35,133 bases of DNA from NCBI GenBank assembly GCA_964458015.1, contig CAYWGR010000035.1, forward strand, positions 1 through 35,133, read 5' to 3'. This stretch comes from an uncultured Planctomycetaceae bacterium (GTDB lineage: Bacteria; Planctomycetota; Planctomycetia; Pirellulales; Thermoguttaceae). The notes under the pieces were generated by a model. The model was not told the origin of the DNA. It made no database searches and saw nothing but the letters and a program-made list of their open reading frames with translations. Every line of letters begins with the position of its first letter. Position 1 is the stretch's first letter. Below, one piece after another: positions 25,960 through 34,920 of this stretch. The position numbers were made by a program, and so were the translations under genes.

Positions 25960-27510
25960 ATGGGCCCCTTGGTGCTGATATCCCTGGTGACTTGGGCTTC
26001 AGCGCTCGCGTTGACGGTCATCGTCCGGGCCGTCGCCGAACGTTGGGGAATCGTCGATCAGCCTGACGGACGGCGAAAACTCCATCGCCGGCCGACTCCT
26101 CTCTGGGGTGGCGTGGCCGTCTACGGCGCCACCGCGATCGGCTTGTTGGTGATCCGCTTCGGACTCGACGACGTCAGTCCACAGTTTACCGCACTGGCCT
26201 CCACCTGGATGATCGCCGCGGGATGCGTTTGCGTCGTCGGCGCCATCGACGACCGCTATGATCTCCCCTCGCGTCTCAAGCTGATTCTTCAAATCGTCTC
26301 CGTCCTGCCCATCGTTCTGTTCGGCTACTCGATCGATCGCATCGTGGCATTTGGACATCCCATCGAACTCGGTTGGCTCGGCATCCCGCTGACGGTCCTA
26401 TGGCTGGTCGGTTGCATCAATGCCCTCAATCTCATCGACGGCATGGACGGACTGGCCTCGATCGTCGGCCTCTCGACCGCCGTCATGACCGGCGTGATTG
26501 CCGCCAGCCAAGGCCACGACCATGTGGCCGTCATCGCCACCATCCTGGCTGCTTCGCTGGCTGGTTTTCTCATCTATAATCTGCCGCCCGCCAGCGTTTT
26601 CCTCGGCGACTCCGGCAGCATGGTCATCGGCCTGAGCGTCGGCTTGCTCGGCATCCAAGGCACTCTCAAAACGTCCGCCACGTTGGCCATCACCGCCCCC
26701 GCCGTCGTGATGACTTTGCCGATGTTCGACATCGTCGCGGCCATGGTGCGTCGCAAACTGACCGGGCGGCGTTTCGACACGCCCGACCGGCTCCACATCC
26801 ACCACCGCCTGCTCGACCGAGGATGGACGCCTTGGCAAGTCTTGTGCTTGATCGGCGCCGTCTGCCTGACCACGGGCGCCGCCGCCACGGCCGCCACGAT
26901 CTTCCGCCGCGACGCGCTTGCCTGGATCACCGCCATAACGATGGTCGTCTTGATGATCCGCCTGCGCTTGTTCGGTTACGAAGAATTCGCACTCATCAAA
27001 AACGCCGTCATCCGATTTTTATCTCTTACCTTCGCTTCTTTCGCCCAAATATTCGCGTCGCGCAACAAACCGGCGGAACCCGAAACGATCGTCGGCGATC
27101 TGCCGCCGCTCGACATGGCCGGAATGCCCTCGCTTCCGCCAGCCGCTTTGTGGGAGATATTCCTCCACAACATCAAAGCCTGGAACATTCATCAAGTGGA
27201 GTTTTGCACTTATCAGAACGAGCAATTGCGCCGCATTCGCTGGCTCGATCCCGCGGAAGATCCCGAGGAGGATTACCGCTGGTCGCTCTCGGTCTCCTTG
27301 CCGGATCCCACCGACGAATATTGCGAACTGCGCATCACGCGACGAACGCCCATCGAGGATCCGAACGACCTTTTTGTGCTAACGTCCCTGCTCAAGACTT
27401 TCGGCGCTCATTTTGCCATCCATGCCGAACAAATCTTCGGCCCGGCAATCTTCGTCGAAGAACCGATCCTGACAGGAACGTTTACCCACGACCGTCGCAA
27501 GGCCGCTTAA
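25960..27510 (+). CDS. Polyprenyl-phosphate N-acetylhexosamine-1-phosphate transferase (GT4 MraY/WecA family) with a ~180-aa C-terminal extension
   Basis: The multi-TM N-terminal ~330 aa carry the INALNLIDGMDGLA and VFLGDSGS motifs of the WecA/MraY family. The C-terminal cytoplasmic domain is of unknown function. Confidence 0.75.
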   Translation: MGPLVLISLVTWASALALTVIVRAVAERWGIVDQPDGRRKLHRRPTPLWGGVAVYGATAIGLLVIRFGLDDVSPQFTALASTWMIAAGCVCVVGAIDDRYDLPSRLKLILQIVSVLPIVLFGYSIDRIVAFGHPIELGWLGIPLTVLWLVGCINALNLIDGMDGLASIVGLSTAVMTGVIAASQGHDHVAVIATILAASLAGFLIYNLPPASVFLGDSGSMVIGLSVGLLGIQGTLKTSATLAITAPAVVMTLPMFDIVAAMVRRKLTGRRFDTPDRLHIHHRLLDRGWTPWQVLCLIGAVCLTTGAAATAATIFRRDALAWITAITMVVLMIRLRLFGYEEFALIKNAVIRFLSLTFASFAQIFASRNKPAEPETIVGDLPPLDMAGMPSLPPAALWEIFLHNIKAWNIHQVEFCTYQNEQLRRIRWLDPAEDPEEDYRWSLSVSLPDPTDEYCELRITRRTPIEDPNDLFVLTSLLKTFGAHFAIHAEQIFGPAIFVEEPILTGTFTHDRRKAA

Positions 27511-27529
27511 ACCCAAACAGTATATCTAA

Positions 27530-27563
27530 CCCCTGACCTCTAACTTCTGATCCCTGCCCCCTC
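27530..27563 (+). repeat. CCCTGACCTCT-type micro-repeat abutting the GT2 start codon
   Basis: CCCCTGACCTCTAACTTCTGATCCCTGCCCCCTC ends 4 nt before ATG 27568. It has TGA at 27534, TAA at 27541, TGA at 27548 and TAA at 27564, so all three frames are closed. Confidence 0.7.
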
Positions 27564-27567
27564 TAAA

Positions 27568-28386
27568 ATGCCTTCTTCTCTCGATATCGGCGTCGTCTAC
27601 ACTCACGAGCGCGAGATGATGCCGCATCTGCTGGAGACGATGGCAGCCTCGGGACAAGGACTCTACCCTCGACTCATCCTAATCGACAACAACTCGGCCG
27701 AAGGCGTCGAGCCGTGGTGCAAATATTTTCCTGAAACGCGAATCGTTCGCAATCTGCACCGGATGCCGTATGCCGCGAATTTGAATCGCATCCTCAAAGC
27801 ATCCTCGGCTCGCTATGTGTTGCTGATGAACACCGACATGTATTTCGACCCTCGCGAGCAATGCCTGACGAAAATGGTCGAGTTCATGGATCGCCGGCCC
27901 GAATGCGGCATCGCCGGATGCCGGTTATTTCACGCCGATGGTTCCGACGCCTACGCCGCCAGGCGATTCCAAACCCTGCCGCTTGTCCTGGCGCGTCGCA
28001 CCGGACTAGGACGCTGGATGCAAAACACCGTCAAACATCATTTCTACGGAGAACATGCTCCCAACGAAACCTGGGCATGCGACTGGCTCTCCGGCTGCTT
28101 CCTGATCGTCCGCCGCCAAGCAATCGAACAGGTAGGCCTCTTCGATGAGGAATACGGCAAGTACTTTGAAGACGTCGATATGTGCCTGCGCATGGCGCAA
28201 GCAAACTGGCAGGTGATGTACCACGGAGCCGTCTCCTGCGTCCACCTGGAGCAGCGTGCCAGCCGCCGATTGCTTTCCTCCGATGCCTGGACCCATCTGG
28301 CCGCCTACGCCCGCTGGCTGCGCAAATGGGGCCCGCATCCCTCGGCCGCACCTTCCACCGCGATGCCCTCTCGCCGCGCCGCCTAA
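27568..28386 (+). CDS. Family-2 glycosyltransferase
   Basis: It has the GT-A pattern LILIDNNSAEG...LLMNTDMYFDP (DxD-like) ...CDWLSGCFLIVRR...YFEDVDMCLRM, which is typical of GT2 rhamnosyl/glycosyltransferases. Confidence 0.7.
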   Translation: MPSSLDIGVVYTHEREMMPHLLETMAASGQGLYPRLILIDNNSAEGVEPWCKYFPETRIVRNLHRMPYAANLNRILKASSARYVLLMNTDMYFDPREQCLTKMVEFMDRRPECGIAGCRLFHADGSDAYAARRFQTLPLVLARRTGLGRWMQNTVKHHFYGEHAPNETWACDWLSGCFLIVRRQAIEQVGLFDEEYGKYFEDVDMCLRMAQANWQVMYHGAVSCVHLEQRASRRLLSSDAWTHLAAYARWLRKWGPHPSAAPSTAMPSRRAA

Positions 28387-28470
28387 CGAATGTTCTCTCG
28401 CCCTTTGGGAAAGGGTCAGGGTGAGGGCCGCTGTGTGCCACTGGCTTTGCCAGTGCTGTCTCCGTACCTT

Positions 28471-28535
28471 CTCAGAAAACAACCCCTTCCGGCAAACCGT
28501 CAATCGTCGGCAAGTCGAAATGCTGTTGTCACGGG
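28471..28535. repeat. Direct repeat A (65 bp) flanking the low-GC membrane-protein islet
   Basis: CTCAGAAAACAACCCCTTCCGGCAAACCGTCAATCGTCGGCAAGTCGAAATGCTGTTGTCACGGG is 50/65 identical, ungapped, to 29388-29452. Confidence 0.7.
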
Positions 28536-28647
28536 AAAGCATGTCTTCTGATGTACGATGCCCCATTCCTGCCCACAACTCGATACAATGTCAAGCAGTC
28601 CGCCTGGCACTACCAAAGCCCCGTGGCACTCTGTTTACGGCCCCTCA

Positions 28648-29175
28648 TCAGTGCCACTCCACCACATCCGCTGTAGTGCTCGGTTCTGTCCATTGTGTTT
28701 TGCTGGCTCGCTCAATAGTCCTGATGTCTCTATATGCTATCCAAAGGGGTAACGCGGCACCAGGCGCGAATGCGAAATCTATCCAAAACCACCAACCAGG
28801 CAATTCTCGTATTGCAATGCACACTCCCGCCAAAACAGGAACCAGGGCACACATAATCAGGCCGCATTGAACTACCCATTTGTTTCGCACCGGATCTCTA
28901 ACAGCTCCCGCAAACAGGATGGCAAGCATAATATGGGCGAATGCAAGCCAATCGTGTGCATAAAGCATGAATGGGTATTGTGCCTTTGTAGCTTCGAGGC
29001 CCGCTATGGCCTTCAGAAGGAACACATGAAGCTCTCCTGAAGGAGCAGAGCTACCCCATATCAGCCAGACAATCGCTTTCAGTTCTGAGATGGCGGGCCA
29101 TACCGTGACCCCCGAAACAAATAGACCAAAGGCAACGATGACGAGCATCCACCTTGCTCGCGCTAATCTACTCAT
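28648..29175 (-). CDS. Small polytopic membrane protein of unknown function in a low-GC region
   Basis: The 175-aa product has 4 predicted TM helices. There is a good SD (AGGAGACAACGC-ATG). Local GC is about 45-50% against about 60% in the flanks. Confidence 0.55.
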   Translation of the reverse strand: MSRLARARWMLVIVAFGLFVSGVTVWPAISELKAIVWLIWGSSAPSGELHVFLLKAIAGLEATKAQYPFMLYAHDWLAFAHIMLAILFAGAVRDPVRNKWVVQCGLIMCALVPVLAGVCIAIRELPGWWFWIDFAFAPGAALPLWIAYRDIRTIERASKTQWTEPSTTADVVEWH

Positions 29176-29387
29176 GCGTTGTCTCCTAGAGCAAAACTGG
29201 CATTCGACCGCCGTAATGCAAAAAACTCTATCGCATTTTTGCAGCCGAGCGTGGCATCGTCAACCTGGATGACGATTGACCTATAGTCTCAATCTCGACA
29301 ATCGTTCGTTCCCCCCCTCGCCCAATCGCTTCGCTTTACAGTTGAATTCCAGGTTGTAACGGTTCAAAATCGCCATCTCGGGAGCTA

Positions 29388-29452
29388 CTCAGCAAACAAC
29401 TCTTCCCGGCAAATTGCCAAGCATCGGCAAGTCAGAATGTAGTTGTCGCGGG
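29388..29452. repeat. Direct repeat B (65 bp) flanking the low-GC membrane-protein islet
   Basis: CTCAGCAAACAACTCTTCCCGGCAAATTGCCAAGCATCGGCAAGTCAGAATGTAGTTGTCGCGGG is in the same orientation as repeat A and 77% identical to it. Confidence 0.7.
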
Positions 29453-29638
29453 CAGCACGGTGATTGCATCGCTCCAACAACTATTTTCTGCCAAGCACCC
29501 CCGGAGGCAATTGGCTAGAGTAGTGCAGCCGAATTGAGGTATCTTATCCGGTGTTGAAAAAATAGGGCATCCAAGCGGCGCGGCTGGCCAAGCCGGCCGT
29601 GGTGCTCCAAAGTTCACCTTTTCGACAAACTCTTGCCC

Positions 29639-32389
29639 TTACTTCGCAACCTTCTTAATCTGAAGGTTGTCCACATAGAACGCCGTGTCGGCGGCCGAGA
29701 CGCTAATAAAACCGGCCCAATCAAGCTTCGAGAACTCAGGGCTCGGCATAGCCAAGTCGGCAAACACTTGCGGCGCGCCGTTGGGCGGCGTCACCGTGAG
29801 CTTGAACGTCTTGGGCGCGTTTTTGACCAGCGCCGCTTCAATCTCGACGTGAATCCAGCCGTCGGCCTTTGCCTTCAGCAATTCCTTGCCATTGACCGTA
29901 ATAGGGCCGTCCGCGTTGAACGTCACGCTCGGTCCGGCGTATTGCGTCCAACCGGCGTCGTCGCGCCACGCCAAAACAACCACGACGCCCGGCGTCAGAC
30001 GCAAATCGAAACTTTGTCGAACTACTCCGTCGGCCAAATGCGGCTCGTAGTAGAAATGCGGCTGCCACGAAGGCTGCACCGCTTTGGTGTCCGTAACCTT
30101 GATGCTTTGCTTTCCGCCGGCCGCCTGTTCACTCGTCACTTGAACCGACGCGCCCGACACTTCCCCGCTTACAACGGCGGTTTGCGGATGGGTGTTCACC
30201 GGCGTTTTTTCAAAGTCGTCGTCCACTTCCTTCGGCGTCGGAGGCGGCGGGGGCGGCGGCAGCACCGTTTTCGGATACTTCAAGTTCTTCGCCTCGGCCA
30301 CCCACGCCGGATCGCCGTACAAACCAACTTTCGACGTGTCGATCTGCTGGAATCCGAGTTGCAGAGCCGGCGAAGATGCCTTCAGTCGGAAATCGTACTG
30401 CTCGACGTTCTCAAACTGCGGATCGGCAATCCGCGAATGCGCGTCGAGCCCCATTTTCTGCCACTGGGCAAAATCACGTCCCAAAAACCGCAAGGCGTCC
30501 GCGCCGCGTGTGTCCCAATAAAGGTTTTCATCCCAAACGCCCAGCGATTCCTTGGCGTCGATGCGTTGCTGAAGCGACCCATTGGCATGGGGAACAATCA
30601 GCGTGCCTTGCGTCATGTAGACGATATTTTTCTGGAACGTATTCACTCGTTTTTCCCAGAAGGGCCACAGTGCGTAATTGGCCGACAGCGCGAAGATATT
30701 ATTGCGAATCGTATGTTCGTGGCCGCCGTTGTTGTACATCATCCCGCCGGATTTCGTATTGTAAACCACGTTGTTCTCGACAAGATATCCGCTCGTCGTG
30801 GCGTCCAGATAGATTCCCCAGCCGAACGGCGGTTGCTCGTAGGGCCAAACATCGTGGAACACATTATTGCGGATCACGCTGCCCGTCGAGACGCCCAACG
30901 CATAGATCGCGCCACCGTCGCTCAACGTGCCTTTCAGCACGTGATGAACGTGGTTGTATTCAATCGTATTGTAATGACATCGCGTGGGACTATCGCCCCA
31001 ATCCCAACCGATCGACATGCCCGAGTAGAGCAAATCGTGGATTTCATTGTGCGAGATCATATTACGGCTGCTTTGCCCCACAAAAACGCCTATGCCTGCC
31101 GCGAAGACATGCCCGCCGTCGTAAATATGGTTATTGTCAACCACATTATTGCTCGATTCGGTTTCATCATTCGGCGGCATCGCAGCCTCGCCGATTCGAA
31201 CGCCGCCGGCCCCAAAATCGCAAATGCGGTTGCCGGCGATACGGCATTCCTTGCAGCCTCGGCGCAGCCAAACGGCATACTGGCCCACATGCGCTATTTC
31301 GCAATTTTCGATCGCGCACTTCCGCGCTCCGTCGGCCGTTACATTGGCCGGCGTTTCGACGGCCGCTTGCGTGCTGCTGTTCCCCTCGGGTTTAAGCACC
31401 CAATCGCCGTGCTGGAACGCCAAACCACGAAGCGTCACATGTTGCACAAAACGCTTCTCGTCGGCATTTCCCGCAAACCGCACCAAATCCACAAGCCGCG
31501 GCGCGATTACCGTGGCCTGCTCCATCTGTTCGCCCGGCAGAGGCTTGTAGCTCAAAACGCCGGTCTCGCGATTCAAATACCACTCACCCGGCTGGTCGAG
31601 CAACTCGATTGCGTTTTCGACATAATAGCGCTGCATCTTCTCCCACAATCCGATGGGCCACCATTCCTTCTGTGGCGCAACAAACTGCACGGTATGCGTT
31701 GCGGGATCCACGCTCTTCACCGGATGAATCGACGTCTCCCAAGAGTGCATCAAAACTACCTGAACATCGCCGAGCCGTTTCCAAGGCTGGAGGTCTTTGT
31801 CGTTAAATACAAATTTATCGCGTGCAATCTCGTTGCCCTGCGCATCACGCGGCCCCGGCACGGTCGAAGCAATGCGAAGATAACCCTCGTTCGGAGATCG
31901 GGCACGAATGCAGCGTCGGCCGTTGATGAAAAGCTGTTGGAAATACCATTGGCCCGCCGCGACTTCGGGTATTTGGACCGTCCACAGTCCGTCGGCCTCC
32001 TGCTTCCAGCCACGAATCACGCGGCCGCCGCTCAGTATCGGCTTCTGCTCCGGCTGCGCCGCATAGACGATCGGTGCCTCGGCCGTGCCCGAATCTTGCG
32101 GCTCTAAAACGAAAGGTGCAGCCATGTAGTACGTGCCGCCTTGAATCAACACGGTGATCTGCCCGGCCTCAGTGCCCGCAACACGCATCTTCCGAATGGC
32201 ATCCCTCGCGCCCAACGGCGTGGCCAACGGTCCATCGGTGCCCTGCGGATTAGCTGCCGCAAGCCGGCCTGTCCACCCGTCATTTCCATTCGGAGCCACA
32301 AACAGCGTGACCGGCGCCGCGGCCTTCACATGGGAGGAAAGTGCCAAAACGACGACAAGAAACATCAACCACGTTCTTCGGGCGGTCAT
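29639..32389 (-). CDS. Secreted right-handed parallel beta-helix repeat protein (pectate-lyase-fold), with a poly-Pro linker and a C-terminal beta-sandwich domain
   Basis: It has a signal peptide (MTARRTWLMFLVVVLALSSHVKAAAP). The N-terminus TLFVAPNGNDGWTG...ITVLIQGGTYY is typical of Planctomycete beta-helix (Beta_helix/DUF1565-like) proteins, with repeated NN/IxxN turns. PPPPPPPTPK is a linker. There is an SD (GGAGA-N6-ATG). Confidence 0.65.
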   Translation of the reverse strand: MTARRTWLMFLVVVLALSSHVKAAAPVTLFVAPNGNDGWTGRLAAANPQGTDGPLATPLGARDAIRKMRVAGTEAGQITVLIQGGTYYMAAPFVLEPQDSGTAEAPIVYAAQPEQKPILSGGRVIRGWKQEADGLWTVQIPEVAAGQWYFQQLFINGRRCIRARSPNEGYLRIASTVPGPRDAQGNEIARDKFVFNDKDLQPWKRLGDVQVVLMHSWETSIHPVKSVDPATHTVQFVAPQKEWWPIGLWEKMQRYYVENAIELLDQPGEWYLNRETGVLSYKPLPGEQMEQATVIAPRLVDLVRFAGNADEKRFVQHVTLRGLAFQHGDWVLKPEGNSSTQAAVETPANVTADGARKCAIENCEIAHVGQYAVWLRRGCKECRIAGNRICDFGAGGVRIGEAAMPPNDETESSNNVVDNNHIYDGGHVFAAGIGVFVGQSSRNMISHNEIHDLLYSGMSIGWDWGDSPTRCHYNTIEYNHVHHVLKGTLSDGGAIYALGVSTGSVIRNNVFHDVWPYEQPPFGWGIYLDATTSGYLVENNVVYNTKSGGMMYNNGGHEHTIRNNIFALSANYALWPFWEKRVNTFQKNIVYMTQGTLIVPHANGSLQQRIDAKESLGVWDENLYWDTRGADALRFLGRDFAQWQKMGLDAHSRIADPQFENVEQYDFRLKASSPALQLGFQQIDTSKVGLYGDPAWVAEAKNLKYPKTVLPPPPPPPTPKEVDDDFEKTPVNTHPQTAVVSGEVSGASVQVTSEQAAGGKQSIKVTDTKAVQPSWQPHFYYEPHLADGVVRQSFDLRLTPGVVVVLAWRDDAGWTQYAGPSVTFNADGPITVNGKELLKAKADGWIHVEIEAALVKNAPKTFKLTVTPPNGAPQVFADLAMPSPEFSKLDWAGFISVSAADTAFYVDNLQIKKVAK

Positions 32390-32719
32390 GTTGATTCTCC
32401 ATGTGCCGGGGTGATCGTGCGGAAGCGAGTTGCCACTGAAATCCGAGGCAAGTCTGCAATAAACCGGGAGGGAAAGTTGGCAGGCAGGTGTAACCTAGGA
32501 AATTCTCGCAGGAATGAGAAGCATTTTAGCAGTTCACCGCATGTAACACAACCAAAAGGACCATGGAAACCCTTTCCTGTACCGAGAACGAGAAAACACC
32601 CCTCCGTTGAGGAGGTCTTCGGCGACTTGACCCCGAACCCGACACAGGATAGAAAAGTGGAGAGACAGTGCCGTGCAGCCTGCCTTGTCCGCGTTGGTTA
32701 TCTTTCGATTGGTTCTTAC

Positions 32720-33394
32720 ATGGCTTTGATTACATTACGGGTGCTGGACGGCGCGGATCGAGGACGTATTTACGCGGATGCTCCCACTCCATTGACCGTC
32801 GGCCGCGAAGAAGGCAACCCCATCCAACTCAACGATGAGCGGGTCAGCCGCTTCCATATCAAAATCCAGGAAGACGATGATAAAATCGTCCTGACCGACC
32901 TCCAAAGCACCAACGGCACCAAGGTCAACGGCGAAACCGTTCAGATTTCCATCCTTCGCCCCGGCGACGTAATCGCGGTGGGACGAACCATCCTCGTCTT
33001 CGGTTCCCGCGAGGAAATCGCCCGACGTTTAGCCATGCTACGCGGCGTAGATCTTTCGGAAGGCGTTACCCTGGGCCTCGATGAATACGAAGAGGAACCC
33101 AGCGTCGCATCGTTGGATTTCGAGCTGAATTTCAGCGAAGACACCGATGCGGAACTCCTCCTGCATACGCTGCTGCCGCCGCCGTTGCCCGATTCACTAA
33201 GCCCCGGCCAAACGGCCCAAGTGGCCGAAATGCTCCAATACATCAACCTCCGCATGCGAGGGCTGCTGCAATCGGTTAAATCAAAACCGAAAAGCGACCA
33301 TGTCACGCTCGATCAACGCCAGTGGCAAAACCTGATCGACCTCGAAGACCGACTGGCCGGCTATCTTCGCCATATCGGCGAACCAGGTGAGTAA
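32720..33394 (+). CDS. FHA-domain protein
   Basis: LTVGREEGNPIQLNDERVSRFHIKIQEDDDKIVLTDLQSTNGTKVNGETV is a canonical FHA core (G-R...S-R-x-H...N-G-T). The track ORF 32141-33394 is over-extended upstream into the divergent gene, and ATG 32720 is the first plausible start. Confidence 0.7.
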   Translation: MALITLRVLDGADRGRIYADAPTPLTVGREEGNPIQLNDERVSRFHIKIQEDDDKIVLTDLQSTNGTKVNGETVQISILRPGDVIAVGRTILVFGSREEIARRLAMLRGVDLSEGVTLGLDEYEEEPSVASLDFELNFSEDTDAELLLHTLLPPPLPDSLSPGQTAQVAEMLQYINLRMRGLLQSVKSKPKSDHVTLDQRQWQNLIDLEDRLAGYLRHIGEPGE

Positions 33395-33487
33395 CATCTT
33401 TTTCCTGCCTTATGTAAAACAAAACCATCACCCCTCTAAGGTGGCGGTTCTGGTCGTGGCTTTCTCGATGCGGTATCATCAAATGTC

Positions 33488-34891
33488 ATGAGCGCAGCCG
33501 ACACAAAAACCACCAATAATACTGTTGACCCACCCTCCGAAGTGCTGATCGTCGATAACGATCGAGTACATGCCGAGACCGTCGCGGAAAGCTTGGAACG
33601 CATCGGATGCCATTGCCGCGTCGCCGCCTCGGGCAACGAAGGCGCACGCCTGCTCGAAGAAACACCCTTCGACGTCGTCATCACCGATCTTGTGATGAAC
33701 GATATCGACGGCCTAGGCATCCTCGCCCGCTCCAAAGCCGACCAGCCCGCCGCCGAAGTCATTCTCATGACCGGCCACGGCACCGTGCCCTCGGCCGTCG
33801 AAGCCATGCGAAGCGGCGCGTTCAATTATCTGCTGAAGCCTTTGGATATCGCCCAGCTTCGGGCAAGTGTCGTCAAGGCCGTCGAAAGCTCGCGTCTGAA
33901 ACGCACCAACGTCGAACTAAAACGCCGCCTCGATGAAAAATTCGGCTTCGAGGGCGTTATCGGCGATAGCCCCCTGATGCGCGACGTGATCGAACGGCTC
34001 AAACGCATCGCCCCCACCAACGCCAGTGTGTTGATCCAAGGTGAAACAGGCACAGGCAAGGAACTCGTCGCCCAAGCGATCCACCAAAACAGCCCTCGCA
34101 AAAACAAACCGTTCGTGGCTCTGAACTGCGCCGCGCTGAGCGAGAACATTTTAGAGAGCGAATTGTTCGGCCATGTCAAAGGCGCATTCACCGACGCTTC
34201 GGCCGACCGCGTCGGCAAGTTCGAATACGCCAACGGCGGCACGATGTTTCTCGACGAAGTGGGCGATATGCCCCTGCCCACGCAAATCAAGCTGCTCCGT
34301 GTGCTTGAAAACAGCGAAATCACCCGCGTCGGCTCGAATAACCCGATCAAAGTCAACGTCCGGATCCTTTCGGCCACCAACCGAAACCTGGAAGAAGCCA
34401 TCGAAGCAGGCACGTTCCGTAGCGATCTCTACCACCGGCTGAAAGTCGTCACGATCCGGCTGCCTACGCTCTGCGAACGAAGCCAGGATATTCCTATCCT
34501 GATCGACTACTTCATTAAGCAATTCTCGTCGCAACACGGGACACAAATCCAAGGCATGTCGCCCGCCGCGCGGCATAAACTGTTGGCCTTCAATTGGCCC
34601 GGCAACGTTCGCCAACTCCGCAACGTCGTCGAAAGCATGGTCGTCGTCGATTACGACGGCCTGTTGGACGTCGACGACTTGCCCGAGGAGTTGGCCGGCG
34701 TCACCACCCCGGACGGCGAACCTTCGACCGCCTCCCTAACCGCCCTGGTCGGCAAACCGCTCACGGAACTCGAACGCCTCTTCGTGGCCGAGACGCTTCG
34801 CCTCACCGTCGGAAACCGCGAGGAAGCCGCCAAAATGCTCGGCATCGGCGAGCGGACGCTGTACCGGAAGATAAAAGAATACGGACTATAG
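33488..34891 (+). CDS. Sigma-54-dependent response regulator (NtrC/Fis family: REC + AAA+ sigma-54 activator + HTH)
   Basis: The REC domain carries the acceptor Asp in [14 protein letters not shown]. The AAA+ domain has GETGTGKE (Walker A), ESELFGH (GAFTGA-region) and the sigma-54 interaction domain. The C-terminus has a Fis-type HTH ([17 protein letters not shown]). Confidence 0.9.
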   Translation: MSAADTKTTNNTVDPPSEVLIVDNDRVHAETVAESLERIGCHCRVAASGNEGARLLEETPFDVVITDLVMNDIDGLGILARSKADQPAAEVILMTGHGTVPSAVEAMRSGAFNYLLKPLDIAQLRASVVKAVESSRLKRTNVELKRRLDEKFGFEGVIGDSPLMRDVIERLKRIAPTNASVLIQGETGTGKELVAQAIHQNSPRKNKPFVALNCAALSENILESELFGHVKGAFTDASADRVGKFEYANGGTMFLDEVGDMPLPTQIKLLRVLENSEITRVGSNNPIKVNVRILSATNRNLEEAIEAGTFRSDLYHRLKVVTIRLPTLCERSQDIPILIDYFIKQFSSQHGTQIQGMSPAARHKLLAFNWPGNVRQLRNVVESMVVVDYDGLLDVDDLPEELAGVTTPDGEPSTASLTALVGKPLTELERLFVAETLRLTVGNREEAAKMLGIGERTLYRKIKEYGL

Positions 34892-34920
34892 AATTAAGCC
34901 CTTTACGGAGTATAGTACAA

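Noticed and set aside
32141-32719. The upstream 190 codons of track ORF 32141-33394, and likewise 9164-9310 of ORF 9164-10474
   Set aside because: These extensions overlap the 5' end of the divergent beta-helix gene or the intergenic AT-rich region, and they encode Arg/Pro-rich low-complexity sequence. The recognisable domains (FHA; signal peptide) begin at the internal ATGs 32720 and 9311.
32390-32719. Sigma-54 (-24 GG / -12 GC) promoter in the divergent region next to the sigma-54 activator
   Set aside because: No convincing TGGCAC-N5-TTGC match on either strand was found by eye (TTGGCAGGCAGG at about 32480 lacks the -12 element). It needs a PWM scan rather than a claim.
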